DNA from: Lama glama
Lineage: Eukaryota
Assembly: GCA_028534125.1 (NCBI GenBank)
Contig: CM052817.1
Coordinates: 91,018,001-91,082,000 of the forward strand
Direction of reading: 5' to 3'
Length of the DNA stretch: 64,000 bases
The notes beneath the pieces were generated by a model. The model searched no databases and was not told where the DNA came from. It worked only from the letters and a program-made list of their open reading frames with translations. Position 1 is the first letter of the stretch, and each line of letters begins with the position of its first letter. This document shows, one piece after another, positions 36,976-51,518 of the stretch. Position numbers and translations under genes: made by a program.

Positions 36976-38519
36976 CCCTGACAGAAGGATGCTATCACTC
37001 CAGTTGCTCTCCTTGTAAATGAAGAACTAAACCCTCTTTAAATAAAGTTCCCAACAGTAACTAAAATACAGACACACCAGCTCTCAAGTCAATAGTTTGG
37101 CAATGATTTCCCAGTCCTTGTTTCCTATCATCCTGAAATAAGCTGTATCAAGTTCTTAACGCACTGCATTTAACTAGTTACAGTGGGGCCAAAACAGCAT
37201 CACAGTCTTTAAGTCAAGTCAGATATGTTGCCATCTTAGGAGGTGAAAGTCAGTTCAATTCAAATGTCTTCATCCAGATGAGGCTGAGCTGCATTAACAG
37301 CCTAACTTAGAAGCAAATCTTTTATGCTCATATTGGCTACAAATATTTTGCAAAGCCAACATAGAATTTAATCTCTATGTATGAGAAAAGTAATCATGAT
37401 TTATATTCTGGGTCCAAACTTTCTCTTATTTGTGCTAGAGACTCCAGGAAACCAGGGAGCATGGTGGAGAGGGATGGCGGTGGGAGGGAGAGGGGGCGAA
37501 AGGCAGAAAGGAGCACAAGTACAAGACCCACCCAAACGTACTCTTGTCTACTAGCTGATGGCTTGTCATTTCAGCCCAGATGCTTTAAGAGACCCCCAAA
37601 ATTCAGAGTTCTCAAGTTTCAGATTGTAAGAGAATTGGGGGGTGGGTGTGAAAGTATCATGCTATGACTTTCTATATGTTTACAACAGAAATAGTCAAAA
37701 GCAAAAAAAAGTGTGTGTGTGTGTCTAACCAGAGAAATCCTGTCTGACAACATTGAACAGATTGGTATATAAAAGAAGAGCCTAGAGACAACCACTCTAC
37801 CTTATGGATGGTCTACATTAGCACAGCAAGGGAAAGGGACTCATGCCTCTGCATCATGCATAATGTATGCCACACATTGAGCAATGCAATCTCTCTTTAA
37901 TTGTTAGCATCTCTTTCACCAACAGAAACATCAGAAACAAAACACTAGGACTTAATAAGCACATATTTTGTTACACATGGAGGAATTCGAGTCCAAGGGT
38001 ACTATGAAAATATTAACTATGTTTGTACTTTCTCAACACCACAGTTACAAGACAGAAGAGCTTAGCATAAGGACAACTACAATGCCGGCAGTGTCACCGC
38101 CTTACATCGGAGCATGAATTCTTCATGACCATCTAGGTAGGATGCCTAAATTTAAATGGTTGAACACCAAGAGGGTTTCAAAGATCAAAAGGCAATTATT
38201 TCTTTTATATTTTTCTATGCAAAGCATAAACTGGGACTATTTTGCTATCATTTGGCAACCTTTTAATACACTAGAAGAACAAAAAAGATATCTTTCTGTT
38301 CAGGTCAGATTAGTTATAGTCATCCTATTTATGTCTATTGCATAAGAAAAAAGGTGCATAATTAAGAAGACCTAAGACTCTTGAGACATTAAGAATAAGG
38401 TTACTTACCCACCATGGGTATGATTTAAAAGCAAGGTAGGGTTCCATGTCCCTAACAGTTCTCCCAGATTTCTGAAATCTTCACTTCATCCTTATGCTTC
38501 CCAAATTTCATTTATTAGA

Positions 38520-38670
38520 GTAGAGCTTTGTAAATCCACAAATCTCCTAAAATTGCCTGCAAAAAAAGTGCAATTCTAGTATGAGCTTGTGCATTTTCCT
38601 GGGGACAGTATCTAGGGCTCTTATCAGATTTCTAAAAGGATCTTTGAGCACACTAAAATTAAGGGCACTG
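38520..38670. mobile_element. hAT-Charlie-type MITE fragment
   Basis: tatcagatttctaaaaggatctttga ... aaaattaagggcactg terminal motif. Confidence 0.5.
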
Positions 38671-41089
38671 GACACTTGTTCGGTTAATAAGCTCTTCAAA
38701 TGCAAATCACCCTTGGAAGATTATTGATGCTTTTTACACAAACAGTATCCAAAGGCTGGTCGGCGTGTGGCCCGTGCATGCAGAATGTTTTTACCAGACT
38801 GAAGCCTCCCTCTTAAGTACATTTTGTACGACTCCAGGTTGGGAGAATGGGGCACCCAAGTTACACAGACCTACATGTCAACAGATGCTACGTAGTGCTT
38901 GCTCTGGAGTCTGTTTTTGGAAATTTTGCTAACCAGACACCCTGCTCTCAGCTTAATTTCTCACATTTCTCACCAGCCCTGCAAACAAAAGTTGGGGAAA
39001 AGCAGTGGGCAACTTGAGGTTCCTGAGTTTCTCTGTGTTCACCTAGAACACTTCAAATTGAAGTGAACAAGTTAAAAACCCACGTTCAGCTGTGTCAAGT
39101 CCTTCCACATGAATTTTGATATCCATCAGTGATTATGTTAAAAAAAAAGATGTTCCAGATCATGTTAGACAGTCTTGATCTCTTGATGTAGACTGCTCAG
39201 TTGACAGTTCTACATGTAAAATTATCAAATAAAAATGAATGCTGTAACTTCATTGAATTCTATCTTTTTAAAATACATCCAATTTTTTTAACAGGTCAGT
39301 ATGAAGTTGCCAACTGTTCTCTCTTAGGCTGGACTTTCTTCTATTGTAAGATTATATTTATTTTAATTTGAAGGTATTCAGCTATCCTTTATCTGATAAA
39401 ATTATGGTGATAGAAGTTGAATAGAAAAAATGGCAATTCATTTTTTTTTAATTTCCCTTATTCATAAAATCCAAGAGCCTATCATTAATTTATACAATAA
39501 TGTGAATTTACTTATCAACTTGATTTCCTACCTTGAGAGGGCAGAATGTTCTAAGGAAGTGAAGGCAGTGGGAAAGTGAAGAAGAGAAGTAGAGATGTCC
39601 TGATGATGCAGAACCCCAAGGGAGGGTTGGCATGGGCAGAGCACTCCTATGGGGTCGGGGGAGGTCAAGGGCAGGATGAGGGATCTGGTCACCTGGATGC
39701 AAAAAGGGAAGTGGAAAGGCCCCCCAAACAAATTCTATCCCTTTAGTCATGTGATCAATGGCCTTCCTTGGCTCTCGGGGCATATTTGGGATCAACACTG
39801 CTAAACAAAGCTAAATGTAAATGTCTGCACTGCAAAGACACCGTGGAGGTGTTATATTTTATACAAATCTAAAAGTTGTATTCAGAAAAGATCATTTGAA
39901 TTACTTATTTATAGAGAATTCTGAAGCTTTGCTTTATTTTACTTTGACAGGTCCATCCCTCTAGACAAACAGAGAGAAGTCACTTAAGCACAGGCGAATC
40001 TAATAGAAGCCAAAGATCTTGCCCGTACAGATTGCTTGGGCCTGGCGACGTGGCCACATTGAGTGGAACTTCCGCATAGATACCATTCCTGCTTTCTGAA
40101 GATTGTCTCAACCATCCCTTCACTCCTCCAGCAAATATTTATTTGGAATGAGCTAGATATTTCCACCCCATTCAATTCAACTGACTCATATTCACCAGCC
40201 AAACAAGGATGTCAAATATTTAAATACCAAAAGCCACATTTATATTAAGTGGAAAATATATATATTTTTTAATTTCTAGAAGTCAGGAGAAGCCTGGTTT
40301 GTTTTTTTTTTCCATAAGGGTTATGACCATCAGTTTGAGAAGTGACCGCTCACCCAGTGGCCTGCTATTGAAATCTCCCTAGGACACTCAGTGCCTTTTG
40401 GTTTACAACAAAGAAAAGCTCATTCTGCAGCTATATAAAAGGATGCTCTAATGAAAAATCTTCTTACCTGTCTCAAAGGAATATTGAAAGGATGAATTAG
40501 ATAATGCCTTCAAAAAGGTACTTTTAAACGACGCCTGGGAAATATAAGATGCTATCACTATTGTCATTTAGTTATAGACAATAATGTTACTTGTTTTTCT
40601 TGGAACAGCTACCTTTCCTTCAGAAAATGCCAAAAAACAAATACCCTAAAAGCTACCATTTTATGGACTTAAAAATGTGTTTGTGGCTAGATGAATATTT
40701 CCCTTCTCCCTTCCTCCCTTCTGAGTCCAAGCAACCCCACGGGACCTGAAATTTCTGAAGTCAAGGTTGAGAGAAGAATGGAGACAGACAATAGCAGTAT
40801 GTAAGCAGAAAACAGCAGAGAACAAAATTATGGAAACTCATCATAGAGGAGATATTTAACGGCACGTAATTCAAATGCTCGGCTATACCAGTGGAAGTCA
40901 TGGACCCTGAAAAGTTAAGCAACATTCCAAACATTACACAGCTAGTTAGAAACAGAGTCATGGTAGTTCTTAAACATAACAAAATGGCTAGGGGAAGGAA
41001 AGTCCCCCATGCCTGTTTCAGCATCACCATGGTCCCAGAAGCTGCATCATAGTCAAGTTCTTCAAGAGGACATCCAAGTTTTGACACTG

Positions 41090-41420
41090 TACAGCATGGG
41101 GCTTATGACTTGGGACTTTCAAGTCTGGTGACACAGGCTCTTTCTCACCCCAGACTACCCCCTAGCTGGGTAACCTTAGGCAAATAATCTCTCCAAACTT
41201 AATTTCCCTCAGCTGTAAGAGTGGATATTATCAGTTCTTACTCACCATAGGGTTGTTGAGAGGATTAAATGTGACAACATAGACATATTTAACAGTGTCT
41301 AATGGTAACTGTTGCCTTTAATGTTTCTTGATGGCAAAATTGAGGATTAAAAGAGAAATGCATATAAAGTGCTCAGCTCAATGCTTGACACCATTTAAGT
41401 GCTCAGCAAATATTGGGAAA
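41090..41420 (+). mobile_element. MIR fragments
   Basis: ctagctgggtaaccttaggcaaat ... catagggttgttgagaggattaaatg, plus a second 3' piece tgaggattaaaagagaaatgcatataaagtgctcagc. Confidence 0.75.
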
Positions 41421-41586
41421 TATTACTTCATACTTCTGCCCAGGCATCCATTTAGCAAATATTCATTGAGTCCTTCCTTCCTGGGTGCCGGGAACTACAC
41501 TATGGTCTAGGATTCCACTATCTGAGCTCAACTTGCTTACAGTCAAATGGGAGAGACAGACACGTGGCCAAATGAAAGCTCTACCT

Positions 41587-41919
41587 CAGTGCTGGGCAGA
41601 GCCCACGAGCCAAATCTGTGCCTATTTTTGTGTGGTCCACGAGGTAAGAATGGCTTTTTTTTTTACATTTTTTAATGTTAAGGGGAAAAAAAATCAAATG
41701 AAGAAGAATATTTCATGACTTCTGAACAGGACGTGAAATCCAAATCTCAGAGTCCATAATGAAATTTTATTGGAGCACAGCCACACTCATTCATTTAGAT
41801 ATTGTCTATGACTGCTTACATCCAACAGCCAACTTGAATAGTTGCAACTAAGACCATATGGCTGGCAAAACTGAAAATGTTTACTATCTGGCCCTTTACA
41901 GAAAACTTGCCAACTCCTG
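41587..41919. mobile_element. MER58B-like hAT-Charlie MITE inserted in an L2
   Basis: CAG...CTG termini. Diagnostic ttttattggagcacagccacactcattcattta and tttactatctggccctttacagaaaa. Confidence 0.88.
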
Positions 41920-44900
41920 CCCTATATCTTGGTAACTATTACAACACATATATTCTCCAAAGGAAGCTACAGAAGCATGTGTTAGGGGATGCGGGGCATC
42001 TATCTCTGTCTGGAAACTTGTGGAAGCTTCACTAAGGAACTAAGTCTTAAAAAATAAGTAGGAGTTTGGCAGATGGAAAAGGGGACATGGATGCATAAAA
42101 GTCCAGAATCATGGCAGAGCCAGAGAGGTTCCAGAGAAACAGAAAGACACTGGGAGCTTCTTTAAGTTAACTCTGACCTTATTGTCCTCACAACATCCAC
42201 AAATGCTGTCACTGTTTGTCCCTGTGCAAGAACATTACGTTTTCAACTGTCTAGTAATCTCCAGAACATTGTTTTTAAGGCCAGAACAATTCTCTTTTCT
42301 CAGCGTCATCACACAGAACTTTTGATCCCCCTGAGGTTTTCAAGTTTCTAATGGAAATGAGATTTAATGGCCTCATTATGAACATGCTCCTTCTTATGTC
42401 CATGTTCAGTCTCATTAGCATGTGTCACTGGGTTAATCTGTAACTGTGATTGGCTCTTACTGCAGGTCTTAAAACCATACTTGGCCATGAAGGTTTAGGG
42501 AGCCCTGAGACACACGCTCTGTGGATTAAAAAGAAGAGTGGAGAAAAAAGAAAATATACAAGAGAAGGGCGGGACTTAGCAGGTAGCACCAAAGTGACAC
42601 CTGGTAACCTGGAAACGGCTGGAACAAGAATGTTAAAGTCTTCTGATCCTGGGGCCAGAAGATGAGCAGCACGGACAACCAGAGACATTTCTGAAACTTA
42701 GGACACAGAGGAGAAACAAGTGGCAGGTGCATAAGTGATGTCAGTCCCCGACACCTGTGACCGGCACTAGCTTCACTCAGTGAAGTCAATCAAAGGCTCT
42801 GCTCTTGTAAACTGAGAGGCTGGCATAAACTTGACGTCCCATGGCAGAAACTAAGAAAGACAGAATTGTGAAATACGTACCCACCAAAAATGGTAAAAGC
42901 AAGTACCAGTTTAATTCTCCTCTCTGACTTGGAAGGGTTGACTGGTTAATACTTGGTCCCACCATCCAAGGCAGCTCTACTCCCTAGTCCTTCCTACTTC
43001 TGTACAAGGCACAGAAGCTCATCCCAGCTCTGCCAGGCATCCAGTGCAGCCTTGACCATCACTGCATTCCTCCACCCAAACTCCATTCATCCAACAACAC
43101 ACTGATGGAGCTCCTCTAAGAGGCCAGACCTACGCTGATCACTGAGGATACTGTAGGGCACAAGACAGAAGCTGTCCTCACTCTCATGGAGTTCTCTGCA
43201 GGGCAGGCAAGACAGATGTGGTGGTCAGTGAACTTACTGCTCTAGAATGAGACAACCAAGGGCCCTAATAAAGCCAAGTGGACAATGGTCCACAGTGAGG
43301 AAGAAGGGAGAATGGAACACTCCCCTCTGTGGACAGTCCCTTCAAGGCCCCTAAGCAGCATGATGTGTCCCATTGTTTGGTAGTGCTGACCAAACAAATC
43401 AGGCTTTTGCTTACACTCATGAGGGCAGAGGGGCTGTGCCAAGGAGACAAATCCAAGCCACATGCAGTACACAGTCCTCAAAACATCTCTACCTGCTCCT
43501 GAGTCAATCCAGTCATGCCTGGCTCTCCATCACTTAAGTTGGGTGTTTTCCCAGAAGTCTCTTCCATCCCCCTGCAAATAGACTTCACTGGGCATCCCCA
43601 CCAGGTCAGCAGAGATGCCCAGACATGTCGGCACACCAGCAGGGGACACCGCTTGTGTTCTTTCCTGGGAAGCTACACCGTCCCTGAGAAAATGAATTGA
43701 AAACTTCAATTTGTCTGGCCCCTGGTTCATTAGCTATGTTGGACATGCCTGAACCATGTTCAGAAGCAAACCAGTATTCCAGCTATGGGCACACAAATGT
43801 CACTGAGCAACCCTGGACGCAATGAAATTGTGTGGTTTGGATTGCTGGGATCAAAATTGGATCCACATTGCATATTTATCACCCTCCAAGCAATATTCAC
43901 ACCATGAATCAAGTTCTAGCACTTTGCAGAAATGCTTTCAGGCACAAAGTACCTCATTGTTATGTTTCTCACCCACAAACAGTGCATTTTCTTAAATACA
44001 GAGCCAAAGGCAGCAAACCGTTCAACTAAATAGGGAAATGCTCTTAATGCAACAAGTGTTCTCACCACTGCCAAACTTCAATAAAGTCAGAAGGAAAATA
44101 TACTTCCTTTACCCTCAATATAAAGAACGTGCATAAGTTTAAGAAAAGCAGAGGGACCCACTTATAACCTTTCTCACAAAAGCAATCAAACTGCCTGCTC
44201 TTTGTAAAGAATGACTACATACAAATCTCCTCTATCTAAGTGAGTAATATCATTATTTTAATATTTGTATGTGTGCCAAAAGTATATACAGCCTTATAAC
44301 AATAAATAAGATTGTACACACAATAAAACCCCAGTGAAGTCTCTGCCTTAAGGACTTTTACAATCAAATGTGTAAATAAAACAAGAAGGAAAACTTCAGA
44401 TGAAGCTTGGAGCTAGAAATGGGAAATCAAGGTGGAATGCTTCAAGTCAGTAAGTGTGCTGCCTCTGGTTTCAAGAATGTCAAAGGAAAAACTTACAGAA
44501 AGCAGAATACAGAAGAGTATAAAAATGAGAAAGGAGACAGTGAGTGCCAGATGGAGAGTGAAGTGTGTCTCTCCTCCTGGGTTCCCTGGCTAATACTTGG
44601 GCTCATACTCAACAGAAACTCCTTCCCAAGGAGACTGAAGGAAAGGGGGTTAGTTTCAGTGGCAGTTGAGAGGTTGGTCTCTGAGATAAGACTGGGTTGG
44701 AATCTTGGCTCTCACAAGTGTGCAATTCAGATCAAGGTCCTCAATCACCTCCGTATGTCTCAGTTTCCTCATCTGTAACAATATTGTAATACTTAGAGTC
44801 ATAAGATTTCAGAGAGACTCAATGAAATAATAAAGTATAGTGCCCAAAATTCAAAAAAAGAGAAGTTTTAAATAAATCTTATCTACACTATTTTTAATAA

Positions 44901-47758
44901 ATATATTTATCGTTATCTCGAAGAGAAAAGGAAGTAGTTGAATGGTGGGGTGAGGGAGGTCTCACTGGCATCCAAAAGGCCTTGGTCGTGGTGTCACCAC
45001 CACCACCAAGGCTTCTTGCCACTCTGGATTTCTACAATTTCTTTGTTGAAAACAAAAATGTTGGACTAAACTATCCTAAAGTTCCCTTATATCCTGAAAA
45101 GAATTCCTTGAGAATTATCTGAAATTAAAACCAGTAAGTTCCTATTTCACTCACATTTCTTGCCAAAATGCCAAGCACCATATGGGCTCTCCTTGCTCTC
45201 TGTAATCTGGATTCAGTGTTGCCACAAATCAAATCATGTCTCCTGAGACACCATGACACTGATGACAAATTTAGACTCGAGTGTGAGTGTTTGTTCTGTT
45301 ACCCAACAAGAGCTACAAGAAGGGGTCAATCTCTCTCTTCCCATATTTCAACTCAGTCACAAGAAGCCCAGACTCTCTTTGTTCTGAAAGCCACTTGACT
45401 TTGGCACTTCTCCAGGGATGAGGTTGCAACCATTACCTTTAACCTCTGGGGAAAAAAACCCCAAGGCCTGGAATTATGGAAATAGATCCAGTTTACTTTG
45501 TGAAGTTTTCCCAAATCTGGTATCACTGAAATAAAAAATACAATGCTTACTCTAAACAATAAAAATGACATTGAAACTGGAGGAGTAATTACAGTAAAAG
45601 GAATCATGGAAATGTATCTTTTCTAAGAAAATATCCAACAATGGGTGATTTCTGAAGCCCAGGGTTGTGGTTCTGAGTGGCATACATGCAATTTCAAACC
45701 ATCTCTTTGCTCCTATTTATCATAACCATCAGTGTAATACCCTTGCTCTTTTGATAAGAAGCTAGATATCATTTCATTTCCTTAGTGTTTCACAGACATT
45801 GTGAAATCCTGTAACAAAGGGTGATATGAAATGGATGTATGAGATTTATCTGAAATCCAATTGTGTTTAGCCATAATACTGCTTATAGAAATCCCCCTTG
45901 TATAAGATATATTTACACAGAAATATACAGTAGCCACAATAAAGGATGTGAGTGATGACTTAAGCTGCCAGTATTAACATTGTTCTCAGCTGCCTTTCTT
46001 CTGGCTATTTGAGTCCCTTTAAGCACAGCTCTTTTTTATGTAATCCACATCCCTTTGGTTGAATGTGCTGCTTCTCTCACATGTAAATTAAATTAAATTT
46101 CCTAACAGCTAAAGACAGTGCACAAACCAAGAGAAGACCAGTTCTGTATGTCTCCATTGTGCTTATAATAATAGATGTTGATTTTGTTCAGTTTCAGTGA
46201 CTGAAGAGCAGTTCCAATTTTTGAGCTACAGTACAGAAAATAAAAAATAGTTCTATCATACTGTATTTTATCATAGTGACAAGCTGATTGGATGGCATGG
46301 TATTGGCAAAAGAACACAGGTTTAAGTCAGAAAATTTGGGTTTCCATCCTGGCTCCACCATTTATTATGTGTGTCTGAGACCCAGTCTGCTCATCTGTAA
46401 AGTGAGAGACAGGACACTCCCCTCATAAGACCATTATGATAGTGAAATAAAGTAATTTGGATCAATGAAATAGCATTATGCAAATATTAGCTGTGATTCT
46501 GTAATTCAATCAATGCCACCTCAAATCCTTTGGAAATTTGGTGGAAAGAGGTGGAATGATTAAATGGTTGGAGATAGGGTAGTCAGAGTCTATATTATTA
46601 TTACTAATTCTCAACACACTATGATATTTTATCATTACAAAATAAACTTTAAGTCATGGAGTCTTTGCACACAGCTGTGCAATTTGTGACCTGTACCAGG
46701 GCATGCCCCCAGCTAAGAGGATGAGTGGGGAACACAGCCCACACTCCACTCACAGGGGGCACATCCTGGGAGAGGACTGTTCCTGGATGCCGAGACACCT
46801 TTTTTGTATTTTAACAAAGCCCTCCTATGGACCAGCAGTGAGCCTGACCAGAAATATTGCATTAAATCCTCAGACAATTCTGAGAAATATTATTGCCCCA
46901 CTCTTACAAATTAGAAAACTGAGACTCCACCAAAAGAACTGTCCAAGGGATTAAAGTGTAAATCAAGGTCTTGTGACTCCTAGGTCAATGTTATGTTTAG
47001 TACACAATGGAAACCTAAGAGCAAAGGAACTCCCCACTAGGTGTTAAGCAGACAGATATAAAGCTGGATAGAGCACGATAAAAACTCAACCACAAGGGTT
47101 AAACTTTATACTCTGCTCATTTCTATCAACAGACCCTGAATCCACAAAAGGGAGAGGTTATGTCAAGACCCTAGACGGCAAATCTGTGACAGACAAAACC
47201 TCCACAACACAGTAACATACAATTCTTTCCTTCAAAATGCTTTTGATATAAGCAGAGGAAACAGACATATGGCTAAGTAAACACAGCCAAGTATTAATAG
47301 GAGCTATGGTAGAAATGCAATACGATGTGTTTTCCAGTGGGTAGCTCTAAACTGATGGAGGGTTCAGATAAAAGCTCTCAAGATGGGGTGGGTGGGGCCT
47401 CAAGACCTGATGGGATTGAAAGTTGGGAGGGTGGCCCAGAGGTGTGTGTTTAAGAACTGTTTATAGTAAAACTGTCAGGGCATTTTGGCTGACAAGGTCA
47501 CCAAGGTGGGGGCAGCAGCTACAGCATCGGCATCCTGCAGGTGGGGATGAGCAGAAAAGACCCAAGGGATACCAGGTGAAAGTTCAACAGAGCAGATCAA
47601 AGCATGGAAACTGGAGAAACTATATCAATGACCCACTGATGGAGGCAAATGACCAGGGATCCAGGAAGAATGGGAACAAGGAATGACATGTGAGTAAGAG
47701 GGAAATCCGAACAAGTGGCAGAAAAAGGGGTGCTCCGTGCCCTCTTATATATATTCTC

Positions 47759-48212
47759 TTTTTAAATTGAAGTATAGTCAGTTTACCATGTTGCATCAAT
47801 TTCTGGTGTACAGCATTATGTTTCAGTCATATATATAAATACATATATTCCTTTTCATATTCTTCTTCATCATAAGTTACCACAAGATACTGAATATAGT
47901 TCCGTATGCTATATATACAGTAGAAACTTGTTGTTTATGTATTTTATATATAGTAGTTAGTATCTGCAAATCCTGAACTCCTAATTTATTCCTCCCCACC
48001 CCCTTTCCCCCTCGGTAACTGTAAGTTTGTTTTCTATGTCTGTGAGTCTGTTTCTATTTTATAAATAAGTTCATTTTTTTATATTCCACATATGAGTGAT
48101 ATCACATGGTATTTTTCTTTCTCTTTCTGGCTTACTTCACTTAGAATGACATTCTCCAGGTCCATCCATGTTGCTGCAAATGGCATTATTTTCTTCTTTT
48201 TTATGCTGAGTA
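47759..48212 (-). mobile_element. L1 3' end
   Basis: aattgaagtatagtcagtttacc ... catccatgttgctgcaaatggcattattt. Confidence 0.92.
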
Positions 48213-48559
48213 AATCTTACTGTGAATGAACAAGAAAAAGTTTCATTGAAAGGACTAAGTTCAGAAGGGACAAGAGAACCTAAGCCCTGGAGCTCCAGAA
48301 GGCCAAACAGGGAACAAATCAAATACTTATAGGGACAAATCTTTAGCTTGAGGCTATGAAAGAGTCCAGTAGACCTGGGGAGGTTGAGGTCTTCAAAAAC
48401 TAAGGTGAAGAGCTGGGAAGTTGAAAAATTATAGGAACATATACCAAGGGGGGAATCTAGCACACAGTAGAATGGCATTCATTCACTCGTTTATTCATTC
48501 AACAAACTTCACTGAGTGCCTATTACCAATACGCAGTAGTAACAGCAGTAGCAGCAGCA

Positions 48560-48760
48560 GCAGCTAACACACAGCACTTCTCCTATGCCACACATTGTTC
48601 TAGGGACTTTTAAATCATTTAGCCCTTGCTCTCTTATGAGGTAAGTACTCCTATTTTTCTAGAGGAGGAAATTGAGGCTCGGGGAGCCTAAATACTTCAC
48701 TTGAAGTCATTCAGGTAGTGAGTAGCATGAGCAGGAGAGGATTTAGACTTAGGCTTTCTT
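48560..48760 (-). mobile_element. MIR
   Basis: ttatgaggtaagtact ... agaggaggaaattgaggctc ... aagtcattcaggtagtgagtagc. Confidence 0.75.
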
Positions 48761-48836
48761 AACTAATAATAGCCTGTCATGCACCTTCTAGTTCTCAGCC
48801 AGTTTCCACAGCTGTAGTAAGACCAGTCTCCTTTTC

Positions 48837-48995
48837 TTTTTATTTTTTAAAATTTTTATCTTTTTTGCAGGGGGTGGAGGGGGAGAGGTAATCAGGTTTG
48901 TTTGTTTGTTTTTCTAATGGAGGTACTGGGGATTGAACCCAGGACCTTGTACATGCTAAGCATACACTCTACCACTGAGCTATATCCAACCTCTC
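48837..48995 (-). mobile_element. Vic-1-type SINE
   Basis: atggaggtactggggattgaacccaggaccttgtacatgctaagcatacactctaccactgagctata. TSD CTCCTTTTC (48828-48836 / 48996-49004). Confidence 0.92.
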
Positions 48996-49708
48996 CTCCT
49001 TTTCCTAAAGGAATTTTCCATTCAGTGGAAGTTCTGGAGGAGCAGTAAACAATAACATGGAGGAGGTCCCAAGGAAAGCTTCAGTCCATCATAATTTTCC
49101 TGGGTAGACCCAAATTTTCTTGCCCTTAGTTGGGTTCTGTCTATGGAGAGCTTGCCATTATGGGAGCTTAACAGTAGTATTAATCAGAAGGAAGAGAAAG
49201 AATCAAACACTCTCCTACCTTTCCAATACTAGATTTGAATTATGCACATTTGGTTTGAGGAAGTAACAGATACCTGGATTTCTGGTTTACCTGAAATCCT
49301 AGATTAAATTTTTTAAAAAGTCTAGAACACCCTATAGTTTGCCATTAAATAAATATATGCCTCTACCAGGAAATTGTTTTATTTAAGATGTTCTCTACAA
49401 AAGTTAAATGGTCTTTAAGAAGAAATTTTGAATATGCATCTGTGTTAAAGATTATTTATGAGCTGAAGACAATGTGAGCATAGTGCTAAGAGAAGCAACA
49501 CGTATTCCAAAAAAAACACGGGAAAGTTCAGAGACACTAACTGCTTTGTTTCTGAGCCTCATATAAGGGCTTCAGCCACAGGCACTCTGGCTTCTGGGTT
49601 CAGCATGTACAGAGCCCTCTGAGAAACAGCTCTTGACCCCATGTGTGTTTAGCACACCCATGTTGTAAAGGATTGCTGCTGAAGTTTTTAAGTTCTCTTT
49701 AAATAAAC

Positions 49709-50185
49709 TGTTCCAGTTACTTATTGCTACAAAACAAACCATCCTAAAACCCAGCGGTTTAAAGCAACAAACAAAACTTTTTTTGGTCATGAATCCGCAA
49801 CCCGGCAGCGCTCAGCAGGGACAGCGCATCTCCGCGCCGCTCAGCTGCATCCGATTAGATACATCGCTTTATCTCCACCACGTGGTCGCTACAGAATGGC
49901 TTGTTCAAAGTGGCCAGACTTTTCACAGGAAGGCGCCAGGCTTCGCAGGCGTATGTTCCAAGAAAGAGAGCCAGGAGGAAGCTGTGCTGCCCTTCACCGC
50001 CTTGCATCAGCAGTCATGCAGCCTTACCTTCCCTGTGTTCTAGTAATCAAGGCACGCAGCCCCTAGTTCGCCCAGGTTGAAGAGGAGAAAACAGACTCCA
50101 CCTCTTGCGTGGGAGTGACAAGGTTTTCGAAAATCGCATGGGATGTAAAATGTTGCTCCTGTGATTTTTGGTGCAGTCTGGCATA
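49709..50185 (-). mobile_element. MLT1 (G-like) solo LTR with an unusually CpG-rich core
   Basis: tgttccagttacttattgctacaaaacaaaccatcctaaaac ... cccaggttgaagaggag ... cagactccacctcttg. Confidence 0.8.
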
Positions 50186-50954
50186 GGAACCCACAGGAAG
50201 AATTTGTTTCAGAGCCTGTACCAGGGATTAATGTGATGTTAAGCAAGGAAATGTTGGTTGAGCTCACGAAACACTGGCTCTTGTTTCTTTTTTTCTATTG
50301 GCTTCCAGAAAACTCAGTGACAACCTGGCTTCCTCTAGCCAGATCCCTTGGCAAATTTCATATGCAATAACTTACCTTGTCTTCATTTTATTTTCTTACC
50401 ATTATTTTTCCCCTGCTCCAATTTTCCTCACTTTTAAAACACCCTGTTGTTGTGTATGTATTTAGCTAAGCTGTCTTAAGTGAGAAATGAATCTCAAAAT
50501 ATTCTAAGCCAGAGAAGTCACACAAGTGGAGATATATCTAGTTAGAAAAAAATACTGAAAGAGTATAAACCTCACTAACACACAAAGAAGTGTATAGTAA
50601 AACAAGACACCAGTTTTACTTATAATTTAATGTGGATCCTATGCTCAATGCTTAGTCCTTCACTGGTGCTGTGAGTTATTTAAATGATTTTGTTTCCGTT
50701 AGTTAAGGTTAGGGATGTGAACAATGAGATCTGTACTTGGGTATGTACCTGGGAGAACTGGAAATTTGAACAATTGTTTTCACAAAATAATTTGGTGATA
50801 TTTATTAAATGTCATAAGTGATCCAATAAGATCTCTTCTAAGTTCTAGAATAAGGAAATAACCCCAATTCTGGAAAATCTGTGTTACACGTTAGGATATA
50901 TGCATTTCCAAAATGCATTGGGATGACTTATCAGCTTATCTTTGTTTTTAAAAA

Positions 50955-51518
50955 AAAAAGCTGTGATAAAATATACATACATAAAATATACCACTTTAAC
51001 CAATTTTAGGCATCCATTTTGGGGGCATTAAGTACATTCACATTGTCATGCAACCATCACCACTATCCATCTCCAGGATTTTTTTTATCATTCTCAACAT
51101 TAACTCTGTACCCATTAAACAATAACTCCCCATTACCCTCTCCCCTCAGAACCACTATTCTATTTTCTGTCTCTAAAATTAACTACTTTAGGTGCTTCAT
51201 GTAAGGGGTACCATATAATATTTGTCCTTTTCTGTCTGGCGTATCACTTAGCATAATGTTTCAAGGTTTATGTATATTGTGGCATGAGTCAGAATTCCAT
51301 TCCTTTTTAAGGCTGAATAATATACTCCATTGTTTTATATATATACATACATACATATATATCACATTTTGTTTATCCACTTGTTCATTAATGGGCATTT
51401 CAGTTGTTTCCAACTTTGGGTAGTGTAAATAATGCTACTGTGAATGCTGGTGTACAAATATCTGTTCCAGTCCCTGCTTCCAATTCTTTGAGGTGTTTAC
51501 CTAGAAGTAGGATCGCTT
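50955..51518 (-). mobile_element. L1MA/MB-type 3' end inside an older L1M remnant
   Basis: ggcattaagtacattcacattgtcatgcaaccatcaccac ... ccattcctttttaaggctgaataata ... cctagaagtaggatcgct. Confidence 0.88.
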
